From NCBI GenBank assembly GCA_015490555.1, contig WFXO01000029.1, forward strand, positions 2,024-66,023: 64,000 nucleotides of DNA, in the 5' to 3' direction. The position numbers and the translations under genes are program-made. Positions 19,056 through 28,469 of the stretch are shown piece after piece. Numbering within the stretch: position 1 is the stretch's first letter; each line of letters opens with the position of its first letter. Source of the stretch: a candidate division WOR-3 bacterium. GTDB taxonomy: Bacteria > Hydrothermota > Hydrothermia > WGAB01. The notes under the pieces were generated by a model. That model saw only the letters and a program-made list of their open reading frames with translations. It did not search any database and had not been told where the DNA came from.

Positions 19056-20625
19056 CGAACACCTCCCTGAAGACATCGGAGATTTCTCCCAGCGTGGCCC
19101 CGGCTTTGAGGGCTTCCAAGATGGGAGGGACCAGATTTGCATCCTTTTGTGCTTGCTCTTTCAGGTCTCGCAAGGCTCGAAGGACCGCATTGGAGTCGCG
19201 GTATCTTTTGTATTGTTGAAGCCGCTGGATCTGCTCCTGTTCGATCCGGGGATCGACCTTCAGGATTTCCTGGACCTGGGGTTCCTGTTCTTCTTCCCGA
19301 AACCGGTTGACTCCGACTACGGTGGTCTCGCCTCGTTCGAACTTCTTCTGTGCCTCATAAGCGCTTTGTGCGATTTGTTCTTGGAAGAAGCCAGACTCTA
19401 CGGCGGCCACTGCCCCTCCACGCCGGTCGATCTCTTCCAGGAGTTCCCAGATCCGTTCCTCCATCTGATTGGTCAGGCTTTCCACAAAATAAGAACCTGC
19501 CAAGGGATCCACGGTATCCGGTACACCGGTTTCATAGGCAAGAATTTGCTGGGTCCGAAGGGCCAATTTAGCCGATGTATCCGCGGGCAAAGCCAAGGCC
19601 TCGTCGTAGGCATTGGTATGAAGGGATTGGGTCCCGCCCAGCACAGCCGCAAGGGCTTGATAGGCCACACGGATCAGGTTGTTTAAGGGTTCAATGGCTG
19701 TCAGGGTGACCCCACCGGTCTGAGTATGGAATCGAAGGCGCCAGGACTTTTCGTTCTGGGCGCCGAAGCGATCCCGCATGATATGGGCCCAGATTCGACG
19801 GGCTGCCCGGAACTTCGCAATCTCTTCAAAGAAGTAACTGTGGGCAGCAAAGAAGAACGAAAGACGGGGTGCAAAGGCATCCACATCGATCCCCCGGCGT
19901 TGGACTTCCTCGACATAGGCAATCCCGTCGGCCAGGGTAAACGCGACCTCTTGGACCGCGGTGGCTCCCGCCTCGCGGTAGTGATAACCAGAGATGGAGA
20001 TCGGATTCCAGCGAGGGAGATGCTGGGCGCAGAACTCGATCAAATCTCCCACCAGGCGCATGGAAGGCTGCACAGGATAGATGTAGTTCCCACGTGCGGC
20101 AAACTCCTTCAGGATGTCGTTTTGGACCGTACCCCGTAAGACCTCCGGTGAAACACCTTGCCGTTCGGCAATCAAGATGTACATTGCCAGCAGGATGGGC
20201 GCTGTGGCGTTGATCGTCATGGAGGTCGAGACCTGATCCAAGTGGATGCCTTCAAAGACCTGGGCCAAGTCTTCCGGGGTCGAGATGGCCACCCCTGTCC
20301 GCCCGACCTCTCCTTCGGCCATGGGGTGATCCGAGTCGTAGCCCAACTGTGTTGGTAAATCAAAAGCCAGGGAAAGCCCGGTTTGTCCTAAGGAAAGGAG
20401 GTATCGGAACCGTTCGTTGGTCTCTTTTGCCGAGCCGAACCCCGCGTATTGGCGCATGGTCCAGAGCCGACGGCGATACATCCCGGGATAGACCCCACGC
20501 GTAAAGGGGAACTGGCCGGGTTGACCGAGTTGTCGGTCAGGATCAAAGCCCGCCAAGTCTTCCGGGCCGTATACCTCTCGAATCGGGATCCCCGATGGGG
20601 TTTTCCGAACCTCTTCCTCGGCCAT
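19036..20625 (-). CDS. mcmA: methylmalonyl-CoA mutase, substrate-binding (large) subunit; no B12-binding domain
   Basis: PFTRGVYP.MY, WTMRQYAGF (Tyr, MCM-type), QNDILKEFAARG (Arg), ISISGYH, GGTQSLHTN; ends at GATLGEI..F..VFG.Y. Confidence 0.92.
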   Translation of the reverse strand: MAEEEVRKTPSGIPIREVYGPEDLAGFDPDRQLGQPGQFPFTRGVYPGMYRRRLWTMRQYAGFGSAKETNERFRYLLSLGQTGLSLAFDLPTQLGYDSDHPMAEGEVGRTGVAISTPEDLAQVFEGIHLDQVSTSMTINATAPILLAMYILIAERQGVSPEVLRGTVQNDILKEFAARGNYIYPVQPSMRLVGDLIEFCAQHLPRWNPISISGYHYREAGATAVQEVAFTLADGIAYVEEVQRRGIDVDAFAPRLSFFFAAHSYFFEEIAKFRAARRIWAHIMRDRFGAQNEKSWRLRFHTQTGGVTLTAIEPLNNLIRVAYQALAAVLGGTQSLHTNAYDEALALPADTSAKLALRTQQILAYETGVPDTVDPLAGSYFVESLTNQMEERIWELLEEIDRRGGAVAAVESGFFQEQIAQSAYEAQKKFERGETTVVGVNRFREEEQEPQVQEILKVDPRIEQEQIQRLQQYKRYRDSNAVLRALRDLKEQAQKDANLVPPILEALKAGATLGEISDVFREVFGEYQEA

Positions 20626-20659
20626 GGCCTAATTATAACCTGGGTTGCCGAGGAGAAGG

Positions 20660-21847
20660 CTAAAAGACGCGAACCTGATCTTCTAAGATCAAGCGGTACA
20701 ACTGTGGCAGGGCCTCTAAATGCCGCGCCACAATGCGCTGTATTTCGGGCGATAAAACCCTGAGAGACACCTGGGATACCGAGACCCACGTCTGACATAA
20801 CTGTGGCTCGGTAATCGGCTTCCCAATCTCCGACACCAACAGGACATGAGCCTCTTCTACCTCGGGGAGCGAATGGACCAGATCTTCGGCAATCTGCTGC
20901 GCCACCACGTTGTAGAGTTTTCCGACGTGGGAGATCGGGTTCTTGCCTGCGGCGGCTTCCAGGGTCATCGGACGCAGGGGCGTAATGAGGCCGTTGACCC
21001 GATTACCTCGGCCCACCTGGCCGTCGTCCCCGCCCTCTGCCGAAGTACCGGTCACGGTCAGATACACCGAATCTTCCGCATCTGCCGTGTTAATCGCGAC
21101 CGAGATTTCCAGGTCGGTCTGATCCGAAAGAAACGTGCGGACATGATCTAAGAGTTGATGTTTCTTCTCAAAGTAATCCTGGAACGACTGGACATGAGCA
21201 CTGACAAAGGCCACGGCCAGGGTCAGATCCAGGTTCCTGCCCCTTCGGATGGCCATGACCTTAATGTCTTCTCCCACCCAGGGAAATTGTTCTTTTAACG
21301 TGGGACTGTTTAAGTCCTGCTCGATTGACAAGACCAAGCGTTCGGTTTCAGAAAGGGGATAAAAGCCCACCCCATAGGAGGTATCATTGGACAAAGGGAC
21401 AGCATCGCTCCGGAGAAACAGATCCACGAGGTCAGGGCTTCCGGGTCGGACCCAGAGGGAAAACTCGATATGGTGCTCGACGTCCAGGTGTCGAAGGGTC
21501 TGTTTGAGGTATGTTTTTACACTCTCCTGATAAAGGTCTTCAAGGGGGACGACATGGTCATCCACGCGATCTGTGGCTCGGCCCACGAGGTAAAAACGCA
21601 TGGGAATCTCGACGTCTCCTCCGCCGAACCGTGGTGTGGCGTGTCCTCCGACGAGAAGGGCCTTATCGACATTGTGATGGAGGACCCGTCCATAGGTTTC
21701 CAAATAATATCGGGAGAGCGCGCGAGAGAAAGCCTCGACCATCCCATCCGTCAGGGAATCTGGATGCCCGATCCCCTTCCGTTCCACGACTTCTACGTCC
21801 ATGTCCCGGACCCGATACCCCGACCACGGGGCCACCCGAATTTCCAT
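20660..21847 (-). CDS. mat: archaeal-type S-adenosylmethionine synthetase (AdoMet_Synthase family)
   Basis: [74 protein letters not shown]. Confidence 0.93.
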   Translation of the reverse strand: MEIRVAPWSGYRVRDMDVEVVERKGIGHPDSLTDGMVEAFSRALSRYYLETYGRVLHHNVDKALLVGGHATPRFGGGDVEIPMRFYLVGRATDRVDDHVVPLEDLYQESVKTYLKQTLRHLDVEHHIEFSLWVRPGSPDLVDLFLRSDAVPLSNDTSYGVGFYPLSETERLVLSIEQDLNSPTLKEQFPWVGEDIKVMAIRRGRNLDLTLAVAFVSAHVQSFQDYFEKKHQLLDHVRTFLSDQTDLEISVAINTADAEDSVYLTVTGTSAEGGDDGQVGRGNRVNGLITPLRPMTLEAAAGKNPISHVGKLYNVVAQQIAEDLVHSLPEVEEAHVLLVSEIGKPITEPQLCQTWVSVSQVSLRVLSPEIQRIVARHLEALPQLYRLILEDQVRVF

Positions 21848-22948
21848 TTATGTCCTCCTTTTCTTTTGCTTGATGAGTTCTTGAAGCAAAGGAGCATGAA
21901 TCCCCTTGGCTTGTACCAACACCTGATGGGATCGCCCAAAACGATACACCAAAGTCTTCACTGCTAACCGAGCCTTGATTTCCTCTTCCTGGGTTGGGAC
22001 CGATCGTTCCAATTCTTTTAAAACTTCAAGAATCCCGATGTCCATCAAAAAAATCCCCTGATCCTTAAAGTATACAGGTTCAACGCCTTGGGTTTCGCCG
22101 GCTTCGATCAGCAGGTCAAAGTCAATGTGATACGTGATGTCTACATTCCCTGGATTTCCGAAGGGGTGGTCTAAGACGCGATGTTGGTGGTAGACCATCA
22201 GGCTTCCCTGAGGGAAACGGCGAAGCAAGGAGGGACGTCGGTCCCCGTAATCGATGGTGAGAATGACGGCCTGTTTAAGATGTGTAAAGAGATCCAAAGC
22301 AAACTGGTAAGCCTGAGGGGCAACGTCCAAGATCTGGCCTTCGTGGACCCAGGGGCGGTATCGTTTTAAAAACTCTTGAAGTTCTGGGTCCTGTAGGGGA
22401 AAGGCCTGGAATGAAAAGGCCCCTCCTTTCTCTACCACGCGGAGTTCTTGCCAGCCGCTGGAGGTCCATTGCACCCGAAAAAACGGAAACGCATCGAAGA
22501 GTTCGTTGGATACGACAAAAACGGGGGATGGCAGGTCTGAAAAGGTGGTGAACCAGGTGACGGGTTTTCCCTGAAGGACTTCTCGTTGTCTTTGTTTCAA
22601 GGTGGGAGAACGTTCCACCAGGGCATAGGTGATGGGGATTTCTTTTTGTTGGAACCAGGTGAGGATGTCCAGGGCCAGGTAGCCCTCGCCGGGTCCCAAC
22701 TCAAGGATCCTCAGCGGAAGAGGCCATCCCAATTGATTCCAGACCTGGTGGATCCAGCGTGCCAGGGTCCACCCAAAGATCGGATGGAGGGTGGGGCTGG
22801 TATAGAAATCGCCTTCCCGTCCGATATGGGGACCCTTGGAGTAATAGCCGAACTCGGGATGATACAAGGCAATGTCTACAAATTCAGCAAAGGATAAGGA
22901 GCCACCCTCCGCTTGTATTTTCTGTGAGAGCACCTCGCGAATTCCCAT
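21848..22948 (-). CDS. SAM-dependent methyltransferase, MidA/NDUFAF7 family
   Basis: ALYHPEFGYY, GDFYTSP, ELGPGEG, SNELFDAFP, IDYG, PG.VDITYHIDF motifs. Confidence 0.92.
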   Translation of the reverse strand: MGIREVLSQKIQAEGGSLSFAEFVDIALYHPEFGYYSKGPHIGREGDFYTSPTLHPIFGWTLARWIHQVWNQLGWPLPLRILELGPGEGYLALDILTWFQQKEIPITYALVERSPTLKQRQREVLQGKPVTWFTTFSDLPSPVFVVSNELFDAFPFFRVQWTSSGWQELRVVEKGGAFSFQAFPLQDPELQEFLKRYRPWVHEGQILDVAPQAYQFALDLFTHLKQAVILTIDYGDRRPSLLRRFPQGSLMVYHQHRVLDHPFGNPGNVDITYHIDFDLLIEAGETQGVEPVYFKDQGIFLMDIGILEVLKELERSVPTQEEEIKARLAVKTLVYRFGRSHQVLVQAKGIHAPLLQELIKQKKRRT

Positions 22949-23072
22949 GGAGCCTTAATTAAATGGCAACACGATCCTGGCTTCAACAAAAAGGCATCGG
23001 TTTGTGTCGAAATTCTATTCTTTTAGCCAAGGAATATTGATTGAATCCGTCACTCGAAAGGGTTTTCATGGC

Positions 23073-23119
23073 TTGTTCTTTTCAGTGGACGGGTGTACAA
23101 TCGAATGAACCTTAGGAGG
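23073..23119 (+). promoter_or_regulatory. sigma70-type promoter and SD
   Basis: TTGTTC(23073-78)-17 nt-TACAAT(23096-101); AGGAGG at 23114-19. Confidence 0.55.
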
Positions 23120-23127
23120 TGATTTTG

Positions 23128-25350
23128 ATGGCGATTTGGTGTCTCATTTTATGGGGTGTATGGGGGATTCATATTCCTGGAAGTCAAGTTTTCACATCCA
23201 AACTTCTGCAGTCGGTAGACTGGAAAAGCCCGTCCTTCAACTGGGTGCCGGTAGGGCCGGAGGGGGGTCATGTGGAGCGGGTTTCTTCCAACACCGCAGA
23301 TCCTTCTCAAAAGATCGCCATTTCTTTTTATCTCTGGACGGATCTCACCGGGACAGGGTGGATGGCTTTCCCCGAACTCGGCCGCGTCTTAGATGGGCAC
23401 TATACCCAACCCCAAAAAGCCGTGGTGGCCTCGGAGAACGCCCTGCTCTATTCCAACGACGGAGGATTTTCCTGGTTTCCGGTCCTGACATACACCATGT
23501 TCCAGGCGATATCAGAGTCACCCGGTAGCACGCTCTACCTGGTTGCGGATCAAACGGTGTACCGGAGTGATGATGGCGGGGCTACGTGGAACACTGTGGC
23601 CCCCTTACTTTACGATGTGCAAGAACTGGACATCGATCCGCAGAATCCCGAGACGGTTTTTGCAGCGGCAACTCTGAGTGGTGCCGTGATCCTCATGCGC
23701 TCAACGGACGGTGGCAGCACCTGGTCATGGGTGATCCCGCCGACCTCTGGTCTCGGCCTCACGGATATCATGGACATCGAGGTCAACCCTTGGGATCCTA
23801 CGGAAGTCATCATCTCGGGCAGTGGGGATGGCCCTGGCATGCTCTATATCTCGCATGACTCCGGCACCACCTGGGATACCCTGATGGGGTCTTTAAGCAG
23901 TGGTCTTTACTTTGCAACGGACGTCGAATATCGGAGTGCAGACACGTTGTTGGTCACCAATCTGATTCCCCGTGGACTGTACCTGGGGGTTCGGAACGGC
24001 ACCGATTGGACATTTTCGCTCCTGGACAGCACCGGGTACCCCATCGATGTGGACCAGGCCAATGACGGTTCTCTGGTCATGGCCACGACGTCCGGGATCT
24101 TACAGTCTCCAGGGATCGGGCAGCCCTTCACCTGGCACAATGATGGACTGAGGAATGTGATGGTTTACTGGGAGGGGCAGATGCCTGCCTGGTCCGGAGA
24201 CCGCTTTGTGGTTCCTTCCTCGTTCCTTGGCGGTGTCCTTTATCGCACCTTGGATGGCGGGCAAACGTGGGAGCGGCTCATCCTCGGATCGATGATCTTC
24301 ATGAGTGCCGTGGAGATCGCCCCAGGGGACAGCAATATCCTTTACCTCAGCGGCATGGGTGCCGACATCAACGGCCCACAACCCACCCTCCACACCCTAT
24401 ACCGATCATCGGATTTCGGCACCACCTGGCAACCCCTGGATTCCCTGGGAATCGATGATACCACCGCGTCCGGAGCAACAGACCTTCATGTCTCCCCTCT
24501 TGACCCTGCGGACCTTTTGGCCCTCAAAGACCAAGGCCTATTCCACTCAACGGACGCGGGATCCACCTGGACGCTTGTGTTGCCGCCGCCGATTTTTCCA
24601 ACGCTCCCTGGGATCAACCAGCATTTGTGGATTTACCAGGGCGGCTCCTTTCTCTTCACACCAGACCACGGGACCTCCTGGGATACCGTGGCCTCATGGC
24701 CTTCGGAGCCCCAGAGCATGGACGTCGATCCCTCCTCCTCGACGCTGTTCTTTGTTGCACCCGATACCGGCTATCCAAACCCACTGAAACTCTTCTCCAT
24801 CGACACAACCGGAACAATTCAGGTCGTTAAGGATCTCTCGGACGCTTTGATCGCCTTTGTGGATGTCGCCCCCGGAGGTGGACTTTATCTGACCCAATTC
24901 ACCATGAGCGCGTCGCTCTTCGGCCGTTCGGCGGACTACGGTCAGACATGGGAGTGGGATACACTGTCGTTCCTGGCATTCTGGATCCGTGGCTCGACTT
25001 CCCAGGTCCTTCTCTCATCGATCGGCTTGGGATTCTGGCGAAGTGAAGACGCTGTGGTCCAGGTGATGGAGCCGGTCGCCGGTGCATCGGCCATCCCGTA
25101 CCTCCAAATTCTGAATCCCCTGACGTCCTCGGTATTGCGTTTATCCTACACTTCGACCTATGAAGGACCGGTTAGGCTCCGTGTCTTTAACGTGGCGGGG
25201 GCGTTGGTCTACGAGACCATGGGGCACAAGGATCAGCCCAGATGGACGTTCAGTCTGGATGCCCGCCCCTTCGTCTCTGGACTTTACATCCTGGAGCTTC
25301 AGGAAGGACAGGGGATTGCTCAGCGTGTCCGATGGATCCGGATCCCTTAA
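23128..25350 (+). CDS. secreted Asp-box (BNR) beta-propeller protein with C-terminal T9SS/FlgD-Ig-like domain
   Basis: Signal peptide; nine S/T-x-D-x-G-x-S/T-W Asp boxes; C-terminal NP...LRVFNVAGALV...SGLYILEL. ATG at 23128 fits the SD (ORF track starts at 23119). Confidence 0.8.
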   Translation: MAIWCLILWGVWGIHIPGSQVFTSKLLQSVDWKSPSFNWVPVGPEGGHVERVSSNTADPSQKIAISFYLWTDLTGTGWMAFPELGRVLDGHYTQPQKAVVASENALLYSNDGGFSWFPVLTYTMFQAISESPGSTLYLVADQTVYRSDDGGATWNTVAPLLYDVQELDIDPQNPETVFAAATLSGAVILMRSTDGGSTWSWVIPPTSGLGLTDIMDIEVNPWDPTEVIISGSGDGPGMLYISHDSGTTWDTLMGSLSSGLYFATDVEYRSADTLLVTNLIPRGLYLGVRNGTDWTFSLLDSTGYPIDVDQANDGSLVMATTSGILQSPGIGQPFTWHNDGLRNVMVYWEGQMPAWSGDRFVVPSSFLGGVLYRTLDGGQTWERLILGSMIFMSAVEIAPGDSNILYLSGMGADINGPQPTLHTLYRSSDFGTTWQPLDSLGIDDTTASGATDLHVSPLDPADLLALKDQGLFHSTDAGSTWTLVLPPPIFPTLPGINQHLWIYQGGSFLFTPDHGTSWDTVASWPSEPQSMDVDPSSSTLFFVAPDTGYPNPLKLFSIDTTGTIQVVKDLSDALIAFVDVAPGGGLYLTQFTMSASLFGRSADYGQTWEWDTLSFLAFWIRGSTSQVLLSSIGLGFWRSEDAVVQVMEPVAGASAIPYLQILNPLTSSVLRLSYTSTYEGPVRLRVFNVAGALVYETMGHKDQPRWTFSLDARPFVSGLYILELQEGQGIAQRVRWIRIP

Positions 25351-27134
25351 GATTTGTGCTCCCGGGTCAGCAACGCAAGGAAGGCCTCCTGCGGTAACTC
25401 GACTTTTCCAATCTTCTTCAAGCGCTTTTTGCCCTCTTTTTGTCGTTCCAGGAGTTTTCGCTTGCGGGTGACATCCCCTCCATAGCACTTGGCCGTTACA
25501 TCCTTCCGAATCGGAGGGATCCGTGACTTGGCGATGACTTTCTTGCCGATCGCGGCCTGAATGACCACCTCAAACAGTTGCCGCGGAATTAACTTCTGCA
25601 GTCGATCCACCACCCACCGCCCTAATCGGTATGCCTGGTCTTTGTGAACCACAAACGCCAAGGAATCCACCCGTTCCCGTGCTACCAAAATGTCTACACG
25701 GACCAAATCGGATTCCCGAAATTCCAAGAACTCATAGTCCATTGACGCATACCCACGGGACACGGTCTTGAGTTTGTCATAGAAGTCGAAAATCACCTCT
25801 TGAAGGGGCAATTCATACTCGAAGAGCACGGTGTTCGGATCCAAATAATGGAATGTGCGCTGAACCCCTCGTCGGGATTGACAGAGTTCCACAATCGGAC
25901 CGATGTACTCCGCGGGTGTGATGATTTGAACCAGGACAAAAGGTTCGAAAGCCTTCTCATAGTGGGTCGGAAAGTCTTTCGGGCTATCTACAATCTTCGT
26001 GGTGCCATCCTCCAGGACCACCTTATACTCGACATTGGGCGTCGTCATGATCACTTCCAGGCCGAATTCTCTTCGCAGGCGTTCCCGTGTGATTTCCATA
26101 TGAAGAAGTCCCAAAAAGCCGACCCGGAAGCCCGCACCCAGGGCCGGGGAATGTTCTCCGACATACGTTAACGCCGCATCGTTCAGTTTTAACTTATCCA
26201 GGGCTTTTTGAAGAAGGGGGTATTCGGAGGGAACCACCGGATAGACCCCGGAGAAGACCATCGGCTTGGGCTCTCGGTAGCCAGGAAGGGCAGGAGTTTC
26301 CGGGGCTTGCGCGGAGACAATGGTGTCCCCAACCGCTGCGTCCCGGATTTCTTTGACCTGGGCTGCTAAATAGCCGACTTCCCCGGCTTGAAGGACCTCC
26401 ACAGGGACGCGATGGGGACGAAAGACCCCTACCTCGACCACCTCGAACACCTTCCCCGAAGACTTAAACAAAATCCGATCCCCGGGCCGAACCGATCCAT
26501 CAAACACCCGAATAAAGGGGATAGCCCCTCGATATTCATCATACACCGCGTCAAAAATTAACGCTTTGAAGGGCTGTTTGGGATCTCCCTTCGGGGGTGG
26601 AACCTTTTCGATGATGGCCTCCAGCAGTTCCTGGACACCCCACCCCTCTTTAGCGGAGATCTCGAAGATCTCTTCTTCTCCGAGTAAATCCAGGATCTGC
26701 TGCCGAACACGATCCACATCCGCATTCGGAAGATCAATCTTGTTAATGACCGGGATAATGGTCAAGTCCTGTTCCAGGGCTAAATAGAGATTTGCGATTG
26801 TCTGGGCTTCCACCCCCTGGGTGGCATCCACCAACAGGATGGCTCCTTCACAGGCCGCCAGCGATCGGGAAACTTCATAGGTGAAGTCGACATGACCGGG
26901 GGTATCAATGAGATTGAGGATATAGTCTTCCCCCTGATACCGATAATGCATGCGGACCGGGTGCATTTTGATGGTGATTCCGCGTTCTCGTTCTAAGTCC
27001 ATCGAATCCAGGACCTGTTCGGCCATATCTTCAGGCCGAAGGGTCCCGGTCAACTCCAGGAACCGATCTGCGAGGGTGGATTTGCCGTGGTCGATGTGTG
27101 CGATAATGCTGAAATTTCGGATCTTCACGGCCAA
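25347..27134 (-). CDS. lepA: translation elongation factor 4
   Basis: IRNFSIIAHIDHGKSTLADR, DTPGHVDF, NKID, KCYGGDVTRKRKLL. Confidence 0.98.
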   Translation of the reverse strand: MAVKIRNFSIIAHIDHGKSTLADRFLELTGTLRPEDMAEQVLDSMDLERERGITIKMHPVRMHYRYQGEDYILNLIDTPGHVDFTYEVSRSLAACEGAILLVDATQGVEAQTIANLYLALEQDLTIIPVINKIDLPNADVDRVRQQILDLLGEEEIFEISAKEGWGVQELLEAIIEKVPPPKGDPKQPFKALIFDAVYDEYRGAIPFIRVFDGSVRPGDRILFKSSGKVFEVVEVGVFRPHRVPVEVLQAGEVGYLAAQVKEIRDAAVGDTIVSAQAPETPALPGYREPKPMVFSGVYPVVPSEYPLLQKALDKLKLNDAALTYVGEHSPALGAGFRVGFLGLLHMEITRERLRREFGLEVIMTTPNVEYKVVLEDGTTKIVDSPKDFPTHYEKAFEPFVLVQIITPAEYIGPIVELCQSRRGVQRTFHYLDPNTVLFEYELPLQEVIFDFYDKLKTVSRGYASMDYEFLEFRESDLVRVDILVARERVDSLAFVVHKDQAYRLGRWVVDRLQKLIPRQLFEVVIQAAIGKKVIAKSRIPPIRKDVTAKCYGGDVTRKRKLLERQKEGKKRLKKIGKVELPQEAFLALLTREHKS

Positions 27135-27247
27135 TAATTATCCGGGGACGCGGAAGGGATTGCAAAACCGAGATTCCCGAGGTCTCTTCTTCCTTCTGTC
27201 CATGGTGCACAAACCGCCGAACGGTCAAGAAAAGACGCTTCCTTCCA

Positions 27248-27307
27248 TTGCATCTTCAGACCCGGCAAGGTATAATCAAAATCCTGAAAATTCCAAACGT
27301 AAGGAGG
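27248..27307 (+). promoter_or_regulatory. sigma70 promoter and SD for metK
   Basis: TTGCAT(27248-53)-17 nt-TATAAT(27271-76); AAGGAGG at 27301-07. Confidence 0.65.
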
Positions 27308-27317
27308 AACATGGAAA

Positions 27318-28463
27318 TTGGCCAAATCGTATATTTTTACCTCAGAGTCCGTCACCGAAGGGCATCCGGACAAAATTTGCGATCAGGTCTCGGATGCGAT
27401 CCTTGACGCCGTCCTGATGGACGATCCGGAGGGGCGGGTCGCCGTCGAAGCGCTCACCACCCGAGGGCTCGTTTTCGTTTCCGGCGAAATGACCACACGA
27501 ACCTACGTGGATATCCCCGAAGTCGTGCGTGAAGTGGTCCGGGAAGCAGGCTATACACGACCGGAATATGGGTTCGAATACTCCTCCCTCGCGGTCCTGA
27601 CCTCGATCCAGGAACAAAGCCCAGACATCTCTCTGGGCGTGGATAAAGGCGGGGCCGGGGACCAGGGCATGATGTTTGGCTTTGCCGTGGATGAATCCCC
27701 AGAACTCATGCCGTTGCCTTCCATGCTGGCCCACAAACTGGCCCGCAGATTGGCTGAAGTCCGAAAGAAGAACCTCGTGGACTACCTTCGCCCCGACGGC
27801 AAGTCCCAGGTGACCGTTGTGTACGAGGACGGTCGGCCGGTCCGGGTAGATACCATTGTCCTCTCTGCCCAACACGAGCCCGATATCCACCTGGATGACC
27901 TCCGGAATGACCTGATCCGCTTGGTCATCCATGAAGTGATCCCTTCGGAGTTATTGGATGACTCGACGCGGATCTTCATCAACCCGACCGGTCGGTTTGT
28001 CATCGGGGGTCCGGTGGGTGATACCGGTGTCACCGGTCGAAAGATCATGGTGGATTCTTACGGCGGTTATGCCCGCCATGGCGGGGGCTGCTTCTCCGGG
28101 AAAGACCCCACGAAAGTGGACCGATCCGCCGCCTATATGGCCCGGTACCTCGCCAAAAACCTCGTCAAGGCCGGGGTGGCACGAAAAGTGGAAATCCAGT
28201 TGGCATATGCCATCGGCGTGCCCCAACCGGTCGCCATCTACGTTGATACCTTCGGCACTTCGGATATCCCAGAAGATCGCATCGTGGAAGCCATTCGGGA
28301 CATGTTTGACCTCTCCCCGCGCGGGATTATCCAAACCCTGGATCTCCTTCGACCGATCTACCGGCAAACCGCGGTTTACGGTCACTTCGGCCGTGAAGAA
28401 GAGGGGTTCCCTTGGGAAAAAACTGATGCCGCCGAAGAGTTTCGACGGCGGCTTCTTGGATAA
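27318..28463 (+). CDS. metK: S-adenosylmethionine synthetase (bacterial type)
   Basis: [53 protein letters not shown]. Confidence 0.98.
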   Translation: MAKSYIFTSESVTEGHPDKICDQVSDAILDAVLMDDPEGRVAVEALTTRGLVFVSGEMTTRTYVDIPEVVREVVREAGYTRPEYGFEYSSLAVLTSIQEQSPDISLGVDKGGAGDQGMMFGFAVDESPELMPLPSMLAHKLARRLAEVRKKNLVDYLRPDGKSQVTVVYEDGRPVRVDTIVLSAQHEPDIHLDDLRNDLIRLVIHEVIPSELLDDSTRIFINPTGRFVIGGPVGDTGVTGRKIMVDSYGGYARHGGGCFSGKDPTKVDRSAAYMARYLAKNLVKAGVARKVEIQLAYAIGVPQPVAIYVDTFGTSDIPEDRIVEAIRDMFDLSPRGIIQTLDLLRPIYRQTAVYGHFGREEEGFPWEKTDAAEEFRRRLLG

Positions 28464-28469
28464 AAAGCC

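Noticed and set aside
19036..20625. Mutase as a truncated pseudogene or isobutyryl-CoA mutase
   Set aside because: Split mutases with a separate B12 subunit are common. The Tyr (RQYAG) and Arg (AARG) determinants plus the adjacent epimerase indicate ordinary methylmalonyl-CoA mutase.
27135..27317. SAM riboswitch upstream of metK
   Set aside because: The promoter lies about 40 nt from the start codon, leaving no room, and no SAM-I core motifs are seen.
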